Assembly (NCBI GenBank): GCA_031282835.1
Contig: JAITCU010000028.1
Coordinates: 10,430-74,429, forward strand
From: Puniceicoccales bacterium
GTDB taxonomy: Bacteria > Verrucomicrobiota > Verrucomicrobiia > Opitutales > JAIRLM01
Direction of reading: 5' to 3'
DNA length: 64,000 nucleotides
Part shown: positions 17,657 through 25,445 of the stretch, piece by piece
Position numbering within the stretch: the first letter of the stretch is position 1
Layout: every line of letters starts with the position of its first letter
Program-made: the position numbers and the translations under genes
Notes under the pieces: model-generated
Databases searched by the model: none
The model's input: the letters and a program-made list of their open reading frames with translations, nothing else
What the model was told of the DNA's origin: nothing

Positions 17657-19261
17657 ATGATAATAAAATTGACTGATTTTGGATTCTCTGAAAATATGTC
17701 CCGTTTTTTTGAGGGCCAATCCGCAGAAATAGTTACTGTGCTAACAAGTATGCCGCCAACTCCGACTGGCATCTTGGCGACTTTAACTCGTGTCGGATCA
17801 AAAATCGCGGTTGGCAATACTAGCTTTGAGCAATCCAAGCGGAATCTGATGGAATATTATTCTTTCGCTGATCGATCGTCGTGCATTAGCTTTGTGTGTA
17901 CCCTTTTCCCCAATGTCAAGCACAAGGTCCTTCAGCGTATTGCTAATAATCTAGAAAATACGCCACAATTTGTTTACGACGGCGTAGCTATGGTCACTAA
18001 CCATTTGCGCATTGTGGTAAGAGAGAGCCTTGCATGTGCTCAAACTGGCAAGGAATTGGGCATCGTATGGAACTGGGCCGTGGAGCTTTTTCGCACAAAC
18101 GGATATGGACAAATGCCTTCATGCGTCCATGGGGCATACAGGGCCTATTATTTAAGATTTTTAGTCGAAGAACTCTCCCAATCCATTGCCAGCGGACGTT
18201 TTGGAGCGCAAATGCCTGAACTGCCGCGATACCGTTGTGAAGATCCCGATAATCCCGATAAAAATATTGCCGCTTTGACAGAATTTGGAATTGCATTATA
18301 TCAAGACCCTAGAAGCGAAAACGCACAGGCTGCCATAGAATTTTTGCTTGAAATCGGCAAGCGATTGCAGTTCACAAACCCCTCTTGCACGCCAAATGGT
18401 GGTGATTGTCGTGATATAGAATTGCAGAGACTGTATGAAGCATTAAATTTGTATAATCTAAACGAGCAAGATGCTATTTTAAGAGCTTTCGCGTCACCAA
18501 ATTGCGACACTGCCGCCAATGCATTAGTTGCGGCGGCTGGTGTCGGGGGGCGTATCCCGACATCTTTTTGGGATGCGCTTTCCATGGAACAAAATTTTCA
18601 CGAGGAAAAATATGTCAATTTTGATGTAAAATCGCTACTATACGATACGGATATGGTCGCGGCGGAACCTTTCCAACAACAAATTGTTAATCGCCTAGAA
18701 GAAATATGCAACTCGGGCGATGTCCGCAGCGCACTTGATGCATTTAAAAATCATACTTTTTTTAAGGATTTGCCGCGCGATCCCGCTATTGTGCTGCGCA
18801 TCTTCAACAGGGTATTCTGTCCCTCCAACTATTCGTCTCTACCTGACCTGATACGGGCTGTATACGACACTGTGTTTGAAGAATTTCCCCGAAATAAAGC
18901 GTTTGTCGCCTTCCTTTCGTTATGCCGATATCCGTGGACTCAGGGTGAATGTGCGCGTATAGCTTTGGCGATAGGTAAGCGTTTGGGTGCATTCACGGAT
19001 ACGGGCATGTTCGCTTTATCTCTCCTTGCGCTCCGAAATGCTGGAGAATCTAACGGGAAAACCCAAGTTAGCATACTGGAAAACGGAACTACCGAAGTTA
19101 GGTCCTTCGTCGCATCCGCTGGAACGCCGAGAGGTCACCATGCACTTCCAGGGGTGAAATTTACAAATTCTATTCCTTGGATATACCTCTATACTGACAT
19201 GAAATGTGACGCAGAAAGCAACGTTACTGTACTGGAAGCACAGATAGCGTGCAGCGTCTAA
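17657..19261 (+). CDS. Hypothetical effector-like protein, paralogue of the 5110..7164 product
   Basis: 534 aa. It carries ILRAFASPNCDTAANAL (compare ILRALASKNCDIAMKTL) and a C-terminal LCRYPWTQGECARI (compare LCRFQYAQGECTRP). Both proteins end with a Cys at position -3. Confidence 0.7.
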   Translation: MIIKLTDFGFSENMSRFFEGQSAEIVTVLTSMPPTPTGILATLTRVGSKIAVGNTSFEQSKRNLMEYYSFADRSSCISFVCTLFPNVKHKVLQRIANNLENTPQFVYDGVAMVTNHLRIVVRESLACAQTGKELGIVWNWAVELFRTNGYGQMPSCVHGAYRAYYLRFLVEELSQSIASGRFGAQMPELPRYRCEDPDNPDKNIAALTEFGIALYQDPRSENAQAAIEFLLEIGKRLQFTNPSCTPNGGDCRDIELQRLYEALNLYNLNEQDAILRAFASPNCDTAANALVAAAGVGGRIPTSFWDALSMEQNFHEEKYVNFDVKSLLYDTDMVAAEPFQQQIVNRLEEICNSGDVRSALDAFKNHTFFKDLPRDPAIVLRIFNRVFCPSNYSSLPDLIRAVYDTVFEEFPRNKAFVAFLSLCRYPWTQGECARIALAIGKRLGAFTDTGMFALSLLALRNAGESNGKTQVSILENGTTEVRSFVASAGTPRGHHALPGVKFTNSIPWIYLYTDMKCDAESNVTVLEAQIACSV

Positions 19262-19267
19262 ACCGTA

Positions 19268-19972
19268 CTAGCCCTGTTCCACGTGCTTTTGTAAAGATTT
19301 TTCAATGGCTCTAAGCTGTATGTCCAAACTCGCATCGACAGTACCAATTTCCGTTTCAATAATACAGTCATTTTCTTGTAACCGGCCATCGGCAACAACC
19401 TCAACAAAAGGCGTGTCATCGTTCCCGCCCTTTGCGATTCCACCAATACTTTCGCGCACAGCCGCGGCTTGTTCTGGATTTACGCGCACGATGACTTTCT
19501 TTTGATTGCGGACGGCAGACAGGGCATTGTGAACAATCGCCCGAAGCCGCCGCGCGTCGTCCATTTCACCGATAATCCGCTTGACGGAGCGCATAACAAT
19601 ATTGACGATGCTTTCCTCGAATTTCTCAAAGCTGTCCATCCTCTTGGCGGCAACGGACATCATTAAATCGGAAAGTTCTTGCTTGCCTTCGGCCATCCCT
19701 GCCGCATAGCCTTTCTTGCGCTCCGTCTCAAAGGCTGCCTTGGCGGCACCTATGATTTTTTTCGCCTCCGTTTGGGCATCGGCAACAGTCTGCTTTGCCT
19801 TCGTCTCGGCAGCGGACAGGGCCGCCCGAATCAATGTTTCCGCTTCATTGATGATCTCTCCAACGGAGCCGAAGGACATGAACTCAGCAGCGCGCAAAAT
19901 CCTCTTGCCGGGTACAACTTGTACCTCCTTCGTATCTTTTTTAAGCATCCACATGATCGCCTCCCTCAGCAT
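19268..19972 (-). CDS. sctL: T3SS stator / ATPase regulator SctL (YscL/FliH family)
   Basis: 234 aa with an Ala/Glu/Lys-rich coiled-coil N-half (AETKAKQTVADAQTEAKKIIGAAKAAFETERKKGYAAGMAEGK) and a FliH-like C-terminal domain. It is the last gene of the sct operon and overlaps sctK by 32 nt. Confidence 0.75.
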   Translation of the reverse strand: MLREAIMWMLKKDTKEVQVVPGKRILRAAEFMSFGSVGEIINEAETLIRAALSAAETKAKQTVADAQTEAKKIIGAAKAAFETERKKGYAAGMAEGKQELSDLMMSVAAKRMDSFEKFEESIVNIVMRSVKRIIGEMDDARRLRAIVHNALSAVRNQKKVIVRVNPEQAAAVRESIGGIAKGGNDDTPFVEVVADGRLQENDCIIETEIGTVDASLDIQLRAIEKSLQKHVEQG

Positions 19973-20639
19973 TATCCGGGAAATACCGGGCTAAAATATT
20001 TTCCAAAAACGCCCATATGCGTTCTGTAAAACGCTTTCGAAATTTCGGAAAGGCCCAGTTTTCACTGGGACGAAATTTAAGCTGAAAGCGCGTTAGCAAC
20101 GCTTCGGGCAAATCGCACAGGCATACCGCCACACAAAATTTTCCTGCAACCATCACCCGCACGGGAAGCGGTTTATCCCGGCTGGGGAATGATTCCCGGC
20201 GAATGTTTTTGGGCTGAAAAAAAATGGCCTTCCGCAGGGCAAAACGGTAGACTTCCTCCCCGATTACGCGAAGAAGCTCGTCACGCTCTTTCCTTAAAAT
20301 GGTACGGCGAATTTCATCGGCATAAACGGCGGTGCCAGCAAATTTTGCAAGCCGGCGGATCGTCTCGGCAGGTGCATAAAGCAACTGTTGTCGCTGGAGA
20401 AGAGGCGGAAGGATTATTTCGCGGTCCAAATCCAATTGCCCCAGGAGATAACCATTGAGCTCATCCCATCCGCGGCGGGTCCGCACGATGGATCCCTGGA
20501 TTTCAACCCCAGGGACCCATCGCTGCAGGCGCAGGGGATGTAAATAGCGAAGGGGTTCGTAAAGAAACTGCAACATTTCCCCTGCCAAAGGCTTGTTGCT
20601 CCTCAAGAAAGGCTCAAATTCTCCAATATTGGCACACAT
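19941..20639 (-). CDS. sctK: Putative T3SS sorting-platform protein SctK (positional call)
   Basis: 232 aa, located between sctJ and sctL as in the Ysc/Psc loci. This family has no strong motif. Confidence 0.45.
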   Translation of the reverse strand: MCANIGEFEPFLRSNKPLAGEMLQFLYEPLRYLHPLRLQRWVPGVEIQGSIVRTRRGWDELNGYLLGQLDLDREIILPPLLQRQQLLYAPAETIRRLAKFAGTAVYADEIRRTILRKERDELLRVIGEEVYRFALRKAIFFQPKNIRRESFPSRDKPLPVRVMVAGKFCVAVCLCDLPEALLTRFQLKFRPSENWAFPKFRKRFTERIWAFLENILARYFPDNAEGGDHVDA

Positions 20640-20654
20640 ACATCCCCACCTTTG

Positions 20655-21524
20655 TTATTCTTCACCTGCCTCGCTCTTCTCCGGAGAAGAGTCCGCAGAC
20701 TTTTCTTCTGGCGGTATTTCCCCGGCTGTACCGCCAGACACAGCCGCCTTGCGTCGTTCCTTTTCATCCCGCTTGACGGTCATATAGTCGTAGAGGATCT
20801 TGGCACCCACGAAGGATATGGCGGCAACGGCCGCAGCAATAATGAGAAGTAAGAGCAGGAATACCCAAATAGATGAATGGGTCATGTGAATGCCCAAGAA
20901 GTTAACCATTTGGTTTCCCTCGGATATTGTGTCACTCACGACTGGTGCCTGGAATAGGGCAACGGAAACTTTATCGTAACTTAGGCCTTCGATGCTGTTG
21001 GTTACTAAATTTTTAATGTCACGCACGGAATCCTCTATGTTAGTTCCCTGACGATAAAGTATGAAAACAGACGCAGAAGACGGAGTGATGGCCTCGGTAA
21101 AACTATTGGTCGTCGGAAGGACAATGTTCACACGGGCGGTAACAACGCCAGTAATGTGGCTGATAGTCTCAGCAATGCTCTCCGATATGGCATACATAAA
21201 GCGGGCCCGTTCTTCCGTCGGCGAGGAGACTAATCCCGATTTTTGGAATACCTTCCCCAAAGTAGAAAAATCGTCGCGGGGATATCCGAAGAGATTTAAA
21301 ATCTCGACGGCATTGGAAAAATCCGTGTTCCCGACCACGACCGTCCACATATTTTCCGCTCCTGCGATTTTGCCCACGTCCATGTTGCGCATACGCAAAA
21401 TGGAAATCATCTCATTCGCCTGTCGTTCGGAGACATTGGAATAAAGCGGCGACTTCCCACAACCAGCTCCCAACAATAACAAGGCGCCCAACGCCAACGT
21501 CTGTAGTTTTCTAACGATCTTCAT
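20655..21524 (-). CDS. sctJ: T3SS inner-membrane ring lipoprotein SctJ (YscJ/PrgK family)
   Basis: Lipoprotein signal with lipobox LLGAGC, a YscJ-like core (LYSNVSERQANEMISILR...GYPRD.F......F...GLVSSPTEERARFMYA..E.....I..I.GV..ARV.IVLP), a C-terminal TM helix and a charged tail. Confidence 0.9.
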   Translation of the reverse strand: MKIVRKLQTLALGALLLLGAGCGKSPLYSNVSERQANEMISILRMRNMDVGKIAGAENMWTVVVGNTDFSNAVEILNLFGYPRDDFSTLGKVFQKSGLVSSPTEERARFMYAISESIAETISHITGVVTARVNIVLPTTNSFTEAITPSSASVFILYRQGTNIEDSVRDIKNLVTNSIEGLSYDKVSVALFQAPVVSDTISEGNQMVNFLGIHMTHSSIWVFLLLLLIIAAAVAAISFVGAKILYDYMTVKRDEKERRKAAVSGGTAGEIPPEEKSADSSPEKSEAGEE

Positions 21525-21527
21525 GTT

Positions 21528-21920
21528 TTACCCCTGATTTCGGAATAGTGTTTGCACGCCCTGAGAAAGTTTATCCGCCGTTTTAGCTGATAAATCGTTC
21601 ATGTACCCCAGCTGCATCAATTGAAATTGAACAGAAAAAAGGTCCGCCATCGAAATATTTCCCTGGTTTACCAAACTCCCGATACCACCAGCAATTTCGT
21701 CGAATTTCTGACGAAACTCATAGAGCGGACTCAACATTTTACTATAGAGGCTCGCCTGCTGTGCCTGCGAGCTTTTGTCGACAGGCTCAGCAGCCTCCGG
21801 GGCAGCGGCCATCGCCGCCTGGAATTGAGAAATATCCCCAAGTTTTACCGCTCCAAAAGGTTGCGACTGACTACCTTCACCATTCACCGCCGCAACCGCG
21901 GCCACAGGTTCCCCCGCCAT
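21528..21920 (-). CDS. sctI: Putative T3SS inner-rod protein SctI
   Basis: 130 aa, between the needle-chaperone gene and sctJ. The C-terminal amphipathic helix ends ...LSQGVQTLFRNQG, typical of YscI/PrgJ-like proteins. Confidence 0.55.
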   Translation of the reverse strand: MAGEPVAAVAAVNGEGSQSQPFGAVKLGDISQFQAAMAAAPEAAEPVDKSSQAQQASLYSKMLSPLYEFRQKFDEIAGGIGSLVNQGNISMADLFSVQFQLMQLGYMNDLSAKTADKLSQGVQTLFRNQG

Positions 21921-21935
21921 CCCAGCACTCCATCC

Positions 21936-22382
21936 CTATCTAAATTTTTTGCGCCGTAAATAACTAAAATCTTCTCCCTTGAGCTGCCGCGCAAATTCTA
22001 CAGCCTGGGGGTCTGTTCCGTTGGCAATGACCTCATCGAGCAACGCATCACTGGCAGTAAACTCACCAGATATGCGGAAAATCATAGCCGCCATCGCTTT
22101 GATGATTTGATTGTTAGGATTAATGGGGGTCGCTTGATTCACAAGAATATCACACGCCACTGTTAACTTCCCCATGTGTATATACACAAACGCCAAACCT
22201 ATGAGCGGCAATTCGCTGTTTGGACGGACAGCCGCGATTCCTTCGAAAATGACCTTTGCCAGCGACGGTGTGCCACATCCACAAGCCACGTACCCAACCT
22301 GCATTAAAAGCTGCAAGATTTTCGATGGCACCTCCGCGAACTCTGCGGGAATTTCGCCACTGTTCTGCCCCGTAGAACCCAT
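21936..22382 (-). CDS. sctG: TPR-like needle-subunit chaperone (SctG/YscG-like)
   Basis: 148-aa all-helical TPR-like protein immediately downstream of sctF, the position of yscG/pscG. Confidence 0.5.
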   Translation of the reverse strand: MGSTGQNSGEIPAEFAEVPSKILQLLMQVGYVACGCGTPSLAKVIFEGIAAVRPNSELPLIGLAFVYIHMGKLTVACDILVNQATPINPNNQIIKAMAAMIFRISGEFTASDALLDEVIANGTDPQAVEFARQLKGEDFSYLRRKKFR

Positions 22383-22388
22383 CGTTCA

Positions 22389-22667
22389 CTAGCGGATGTT
22401 CTGCGTCGTCTTGTTTAGCGCATCGCCAGCCGCACGCAGGGTACCAGTTGCCAACCCCGACACAACGCCCCAACTTTGCGTCATTCCCTGTACCTTCAAC
22501 AGCGCCCCCTGATCCACATTGGCTCCGCCTTCCGTCAACTCTGCAATTTGATTATTCAAATCCGCCTCTTGATTGGAAACCACCCGTCCCAAAAGTTGAT
22601 ACAAACGATTCAACGTACTACACGCACCGCTGCCGTCCGTCCAAAGCTCGCTATCAAACTCAGCCAT
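22389..22667 (-). CDS. sctF: T3SS needle filament subunit SctF
   Basis: 92-aa helix-turn-helix protein. Its C-terminus ...AAGDALNKTTQNIR resembles the YscF/PscF ...IIQNFR end. It is flanked by E-like and G-like chaperone genes. Confidence 0.8.
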   Translation of the reverse strand: MAEFDSELWTDGSGACSTLNRLYQLLGRVVSNQEADLNNQIAELTEGGANVDQGALLKVQGMTQSWGVVSGLATGTLRAAGDALNKTTQNIR

Positions 22668-22695
22668 AATCCCCCCGATTGTCCCATCCTATCCG

Positions 22696-22920
22696 TTAGG
22701 CGCGATAATTCTTTACCACCTTTATCCCTGCCTCCAGAGACTTAACAAAGCGACTGTACCCACGGAAACGGTAACTGTCAAGCCCTTCTCGTAAAATTCG
22801 TCGCACATTTCCAAGTTCTTGATAAAAAAGATCCTCAACCTGCTTCTTGCGAGCCAAATCCGAAAGCTCCCCTTCCAGTGGAACCATGCGAATTCCAGCC
22901 TTTACACCCTGCTGTTTCAT
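22696..22920 (-). CDS. sctE: Small needle co-chaperone (SctE/YscE-like)
   Basis: 74-aa helical protein between sctD and sctF. Its ATG at 22920..22918 overlaps the sctD stop codon (22919..22917) by 2 nt and the sctD ORF end by 4 nt. Confidence 0.5.
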   Translation of the reverse strand: MKQQGVKAGIRMVPLEGELSDLARKKQVEDLFYQELGNVRRILREGLDSYRFRGYSRFVKSLEAGIKVVKNYRA

Positions 22921-24344
22921 TGAAGTGCCTCCAGCCGCAAGGCAAGCTGTGTCCCATTACGGCTAAATTTCAATCCGCCGACGCCAATGCCGTCAATGCG
23001 CCACCCGCTCGCAAGGAAAGACCCCTCAAAGTATTTCTTCCCATCGCGAGTCGTTACCCAGCTCAGGCCCGAAGAGCCGATGGTAATAGCCTGAATTGGT
23101 TGCGAAAAAAGACTATTCCCCGCCGGATCTGATTGCGCAGACTGTGACTGCACATCAAAAGTAACGGGGATGATATTGCCGAAAGTTTGAATGATGTCTT
23201 CGGCTGCCATCCGCCATTTTTCCGCCAACAACGCGCTCACGGCGCCACGAAATACCACCCGACCAGACTCCGGAAAAACCGAGATGTGTTCGCGGAGTCC
23301 GTATTCGTCCAACGTCGTATTGGCAAGTGTTTGCACACTTTCCGGAGTCATAATGTCGGCATTAATTTTTTTGACCCCGGGAATATCTTGATTGAGCCGT
23401 TCGCGGATACGTTGCCAGCGGTCTGTGTTGTGCACATAGCCAGAAATGGAGTATACGCCAGGGGTAATCGGGATTACGCGGACGGCTCCGTCAATGTCAC
23501 GGATGGAATCCTCGATGGCGCGAATAATTCGTTCCTCGCTACGCACGTTAAACTGGATGGCGGTCGTAATCTGTAACAACTCGTTCTTCAACGTGCGCAG
23601 CTGTTCGTTCGTTGGGACGTATCCTTCAACCACGATCCGACCCGCCTCAACACGCACGTCGACGTTCGATCGATAGTCCAAGTTGGCAATTTCCGCGCGG
23701 ATAATCTTTTCATTTTCCACGAGGTTGGGTCGATTTCTGTCCGGCAAAAGCATTAAAACCACAAGTCCGCCAACGAATACCCCTACACCAGAAAATATGA
23801 CCTGCCGCAGCTTTTTTCGCTCCTGCGCATTGTGAACCCCCGGATTTGCGGACTTCTTCCCACTTGCGGCCACCGGATCATTATTCACGTCCGGCGGCAT
23901 GTCCAATGGTTTTTCGAGCGGGGGAGCGTCGGCGAGCGAAATCGTCGGCCACTCCGCATCAGTTGCTCCAGCAACAATTTGTGTTGTTCCAATGGTTACG
24001 AACTGAAAGGCGGGGACATCCACAGCTTCCCCAGAAACCAACTTCCCGTTGAGAAACACCTGCCCATCCAAGGGCGTCAGATGGAGTTTTCCCCCTTCGT
24101 ACTGGAAAGATGCATGCCTGGGCGCCGCCAACACATCCGCCAGCACCAAATCGCAGGAACCATCGCTCCCAACGACCACCGCCCTATCGTGTTCATCCAG
24201 TTCCACCTCCGCACCCGCGTGCGGCCCAGAAAGAAGCCGCAGGAGGAAAGCCTGCGACATCTTACCGTCTTCCCCGACTGCCGTATCATTCATCATAAGT
24301 GTAGGTTTCGCAGCGAAGTTACAGTTCACAGCATGCAATGTCAA
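22917..24344 (-). CDS. sctD: T3SS inner-membrane ring protein SctD (YscD family) with an N-terminal FHA domain
   Basis: FHA-like N-terminus (FLLRLLSGPHAGAEVELDEH.RAVVVGSDGSCDLVLAD..AAPRHASFQYEGGKLHLTPLDGQVFLNGK), a single TM helix (VIFSGVGVFVGGLVVLMLL) and periplasmic ring-building repeats. The start may be the internal MMNDT.... Confidence 0.85.
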   Translation of the reverse strand: MTLHAVNCNFAAKPTLMMNDTAVGEDGKMSQAFLLRLLSGPHAGAEVELDEHDRAVVVGSDGSCDLVLADVLAAPRHASFQYEGGKLHLTPLDGQVFLNGKLVSGEAVDVPAFQFVTIGTTQIVAGATDAEWPTISLADAPPLEKPLDMPPDVNNDPVAASGKKSANPGVHNAQERKKLRQVIFSGVGVFVGGLVVLMLLPDRNRPNLVENEKIIRAEIANLDYRSNVDVRVEAGRIVVEGYVPTNEQLRTLKNELLQITTAIQFNVRSEERIIRAIEDSIRDIDGAVRVIPITPGVYSISGYVHNTDRWQRIRERLNQDIPGVKKINADIMTPESVQTLANTTLDEYGLREHISVFPESGRVVFRGAVSALLAEKWRMAAEDIIQTFGNIIPVTFDVQSQSAQSDPAGNSLFSQPIQAITIGSSGLSWVTTRDGKKYFEGSFLASGWRIDGIGVGGLKFSRNGTQLALRLEALQ

Positions 24345-24446
24345 CGCGGATTTGCAAGCGACTCACTTCCCCACGGAACCCAGCCAAGATGTGACCTTTT
24401 TCTATTGGAAATTAACCGCTCGTGTTCTATTTCAGGATCAGGTGTC

Positions 24447-25400
24447 ATGCTCACAACAAAAATAATCGAGAAAAAAGTGTTAATTATCCTTGGGAGTGGC
24501 TGCGCAGGCCTGACGGCGGCTATTTACGCTGCACGCGGCGCGTTAAGGCCATTGGTTATCGATGGCAACCAGCCAGGTGGCCAGCTGACGACTACTACTG
24601 ATATCGAAAATTTCCCTGGATTCCCTGATGGCATTGGCGGGTACGAATTGGTTGATCGCATGCGCAAGCAGGCGGAGCGCTTTGGAGCGACGTTTGTCAG
24701 CGACCACATCCATACCATGCGCCAGGACGGCAATGCATTTTTTTTGGATGGAGTGACAACCACCTACGAGGCCCGTGCAGTCATTGTTGCCACCGGAGCG
24801 TCGCCGTACCTACTGGGCGTTCCCGGGGAAGCAGAGTATTTTGGAGGAAAGGGCGTGAGTATTTGCGCCACCTGCGACGGGGCATTTTATCGGGGAAAGG
24901 AGGTGGCGGTTATCGGGGGTGGAGATTCTGCCGTTGAGGAGGCAATTTTCCTCACGCGCTTTTGCCCGAAGGTTTATCTTATTCATCGAAGGGACTCCCT
25001 GCGCGCATCGGTGCCCATGGCCCAACGGGCGAAGGAAAATCCGAGGGTCCAAATTATTTGGGACAGCGTTTTAGCAGAAGTTTTGGGCAATGGGCAGCAC
25101 GTTACTGGACTGCGCATCCGTAACGTGAAGACGGAAGCTGAACAAACCCTGCCATGTGCCGGCGTATTTATTTCCGTTGGCCACAGGCCAAATTCTGGTT
25201 TTGCCGCTGAAATCCTTCCCACGGACGAGAAGGGATATTTTATTTCTCTGGCGGATGATGCTAGCTGTAGTCCAGTGGACGGCGTCTTTTTGGCGGGCGA
25301 TTGCGCAGATTCTTCATACCAACAGGCTGTCATAGCCGCCGGTGCCGGCGCAAAGGCTGCCATTGCTGCTGAACGCTGGTTGATGCGTGTAGTGAAATAA
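24447..25400 (+). CDS. trxB: Thioredoxin reductase
   Basis: GSGCAGLTAAIYAAR (FAD binding), redox-active CATCDG and GGGDSAVEEA (NADPH binding). The track ORF starts at 23832, but that extension is antisense to sctD. MLTTKIIEKKVLIILGSG at 24447 gives the canonical ~317 aa. Confidence 0.95.
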   Translation: MLTTKIIEKKVLIILGSGCAGLTAAIYAARGALRPLVIDGNQPGGQLTTTTDIENFPGFPDGIGGYELVDRMRKQAERFGATFVSDHIHTMRQDGNAFFLDGVTTTYEARAVIVATGASPYLLGVPGEAEYFGGKGVSICATCDGAFYRGKEVAVIGGGDSAVEEAIFLTRFCPKVYLIHRRDSLRASVPMAQRAKENPRVQIIWDSVLAEVLGNGQHVTGLRIRNVKTEAEQTLPCAGVFISVGHRPNSGFAAEILPTDEKGYFISLADDASCSPVDGVFLAGDCADSSYQQAVIAAGAGAKAAIAAERWLMRVVK

Positions 25401-25445
25401 AATTAATCGCATATCGTCTTTTGGAATTGACAAAGGCGATGGCTT

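Noticed and set aside
23832-24446. N-terminal 205 codons of the 522-aa ORF that contains trxB
   Set aside because: This part is antisense to sctD and has an aberrant composition. Canonical TrxB begins at the internal Met (24447), which gives ~317 aa.
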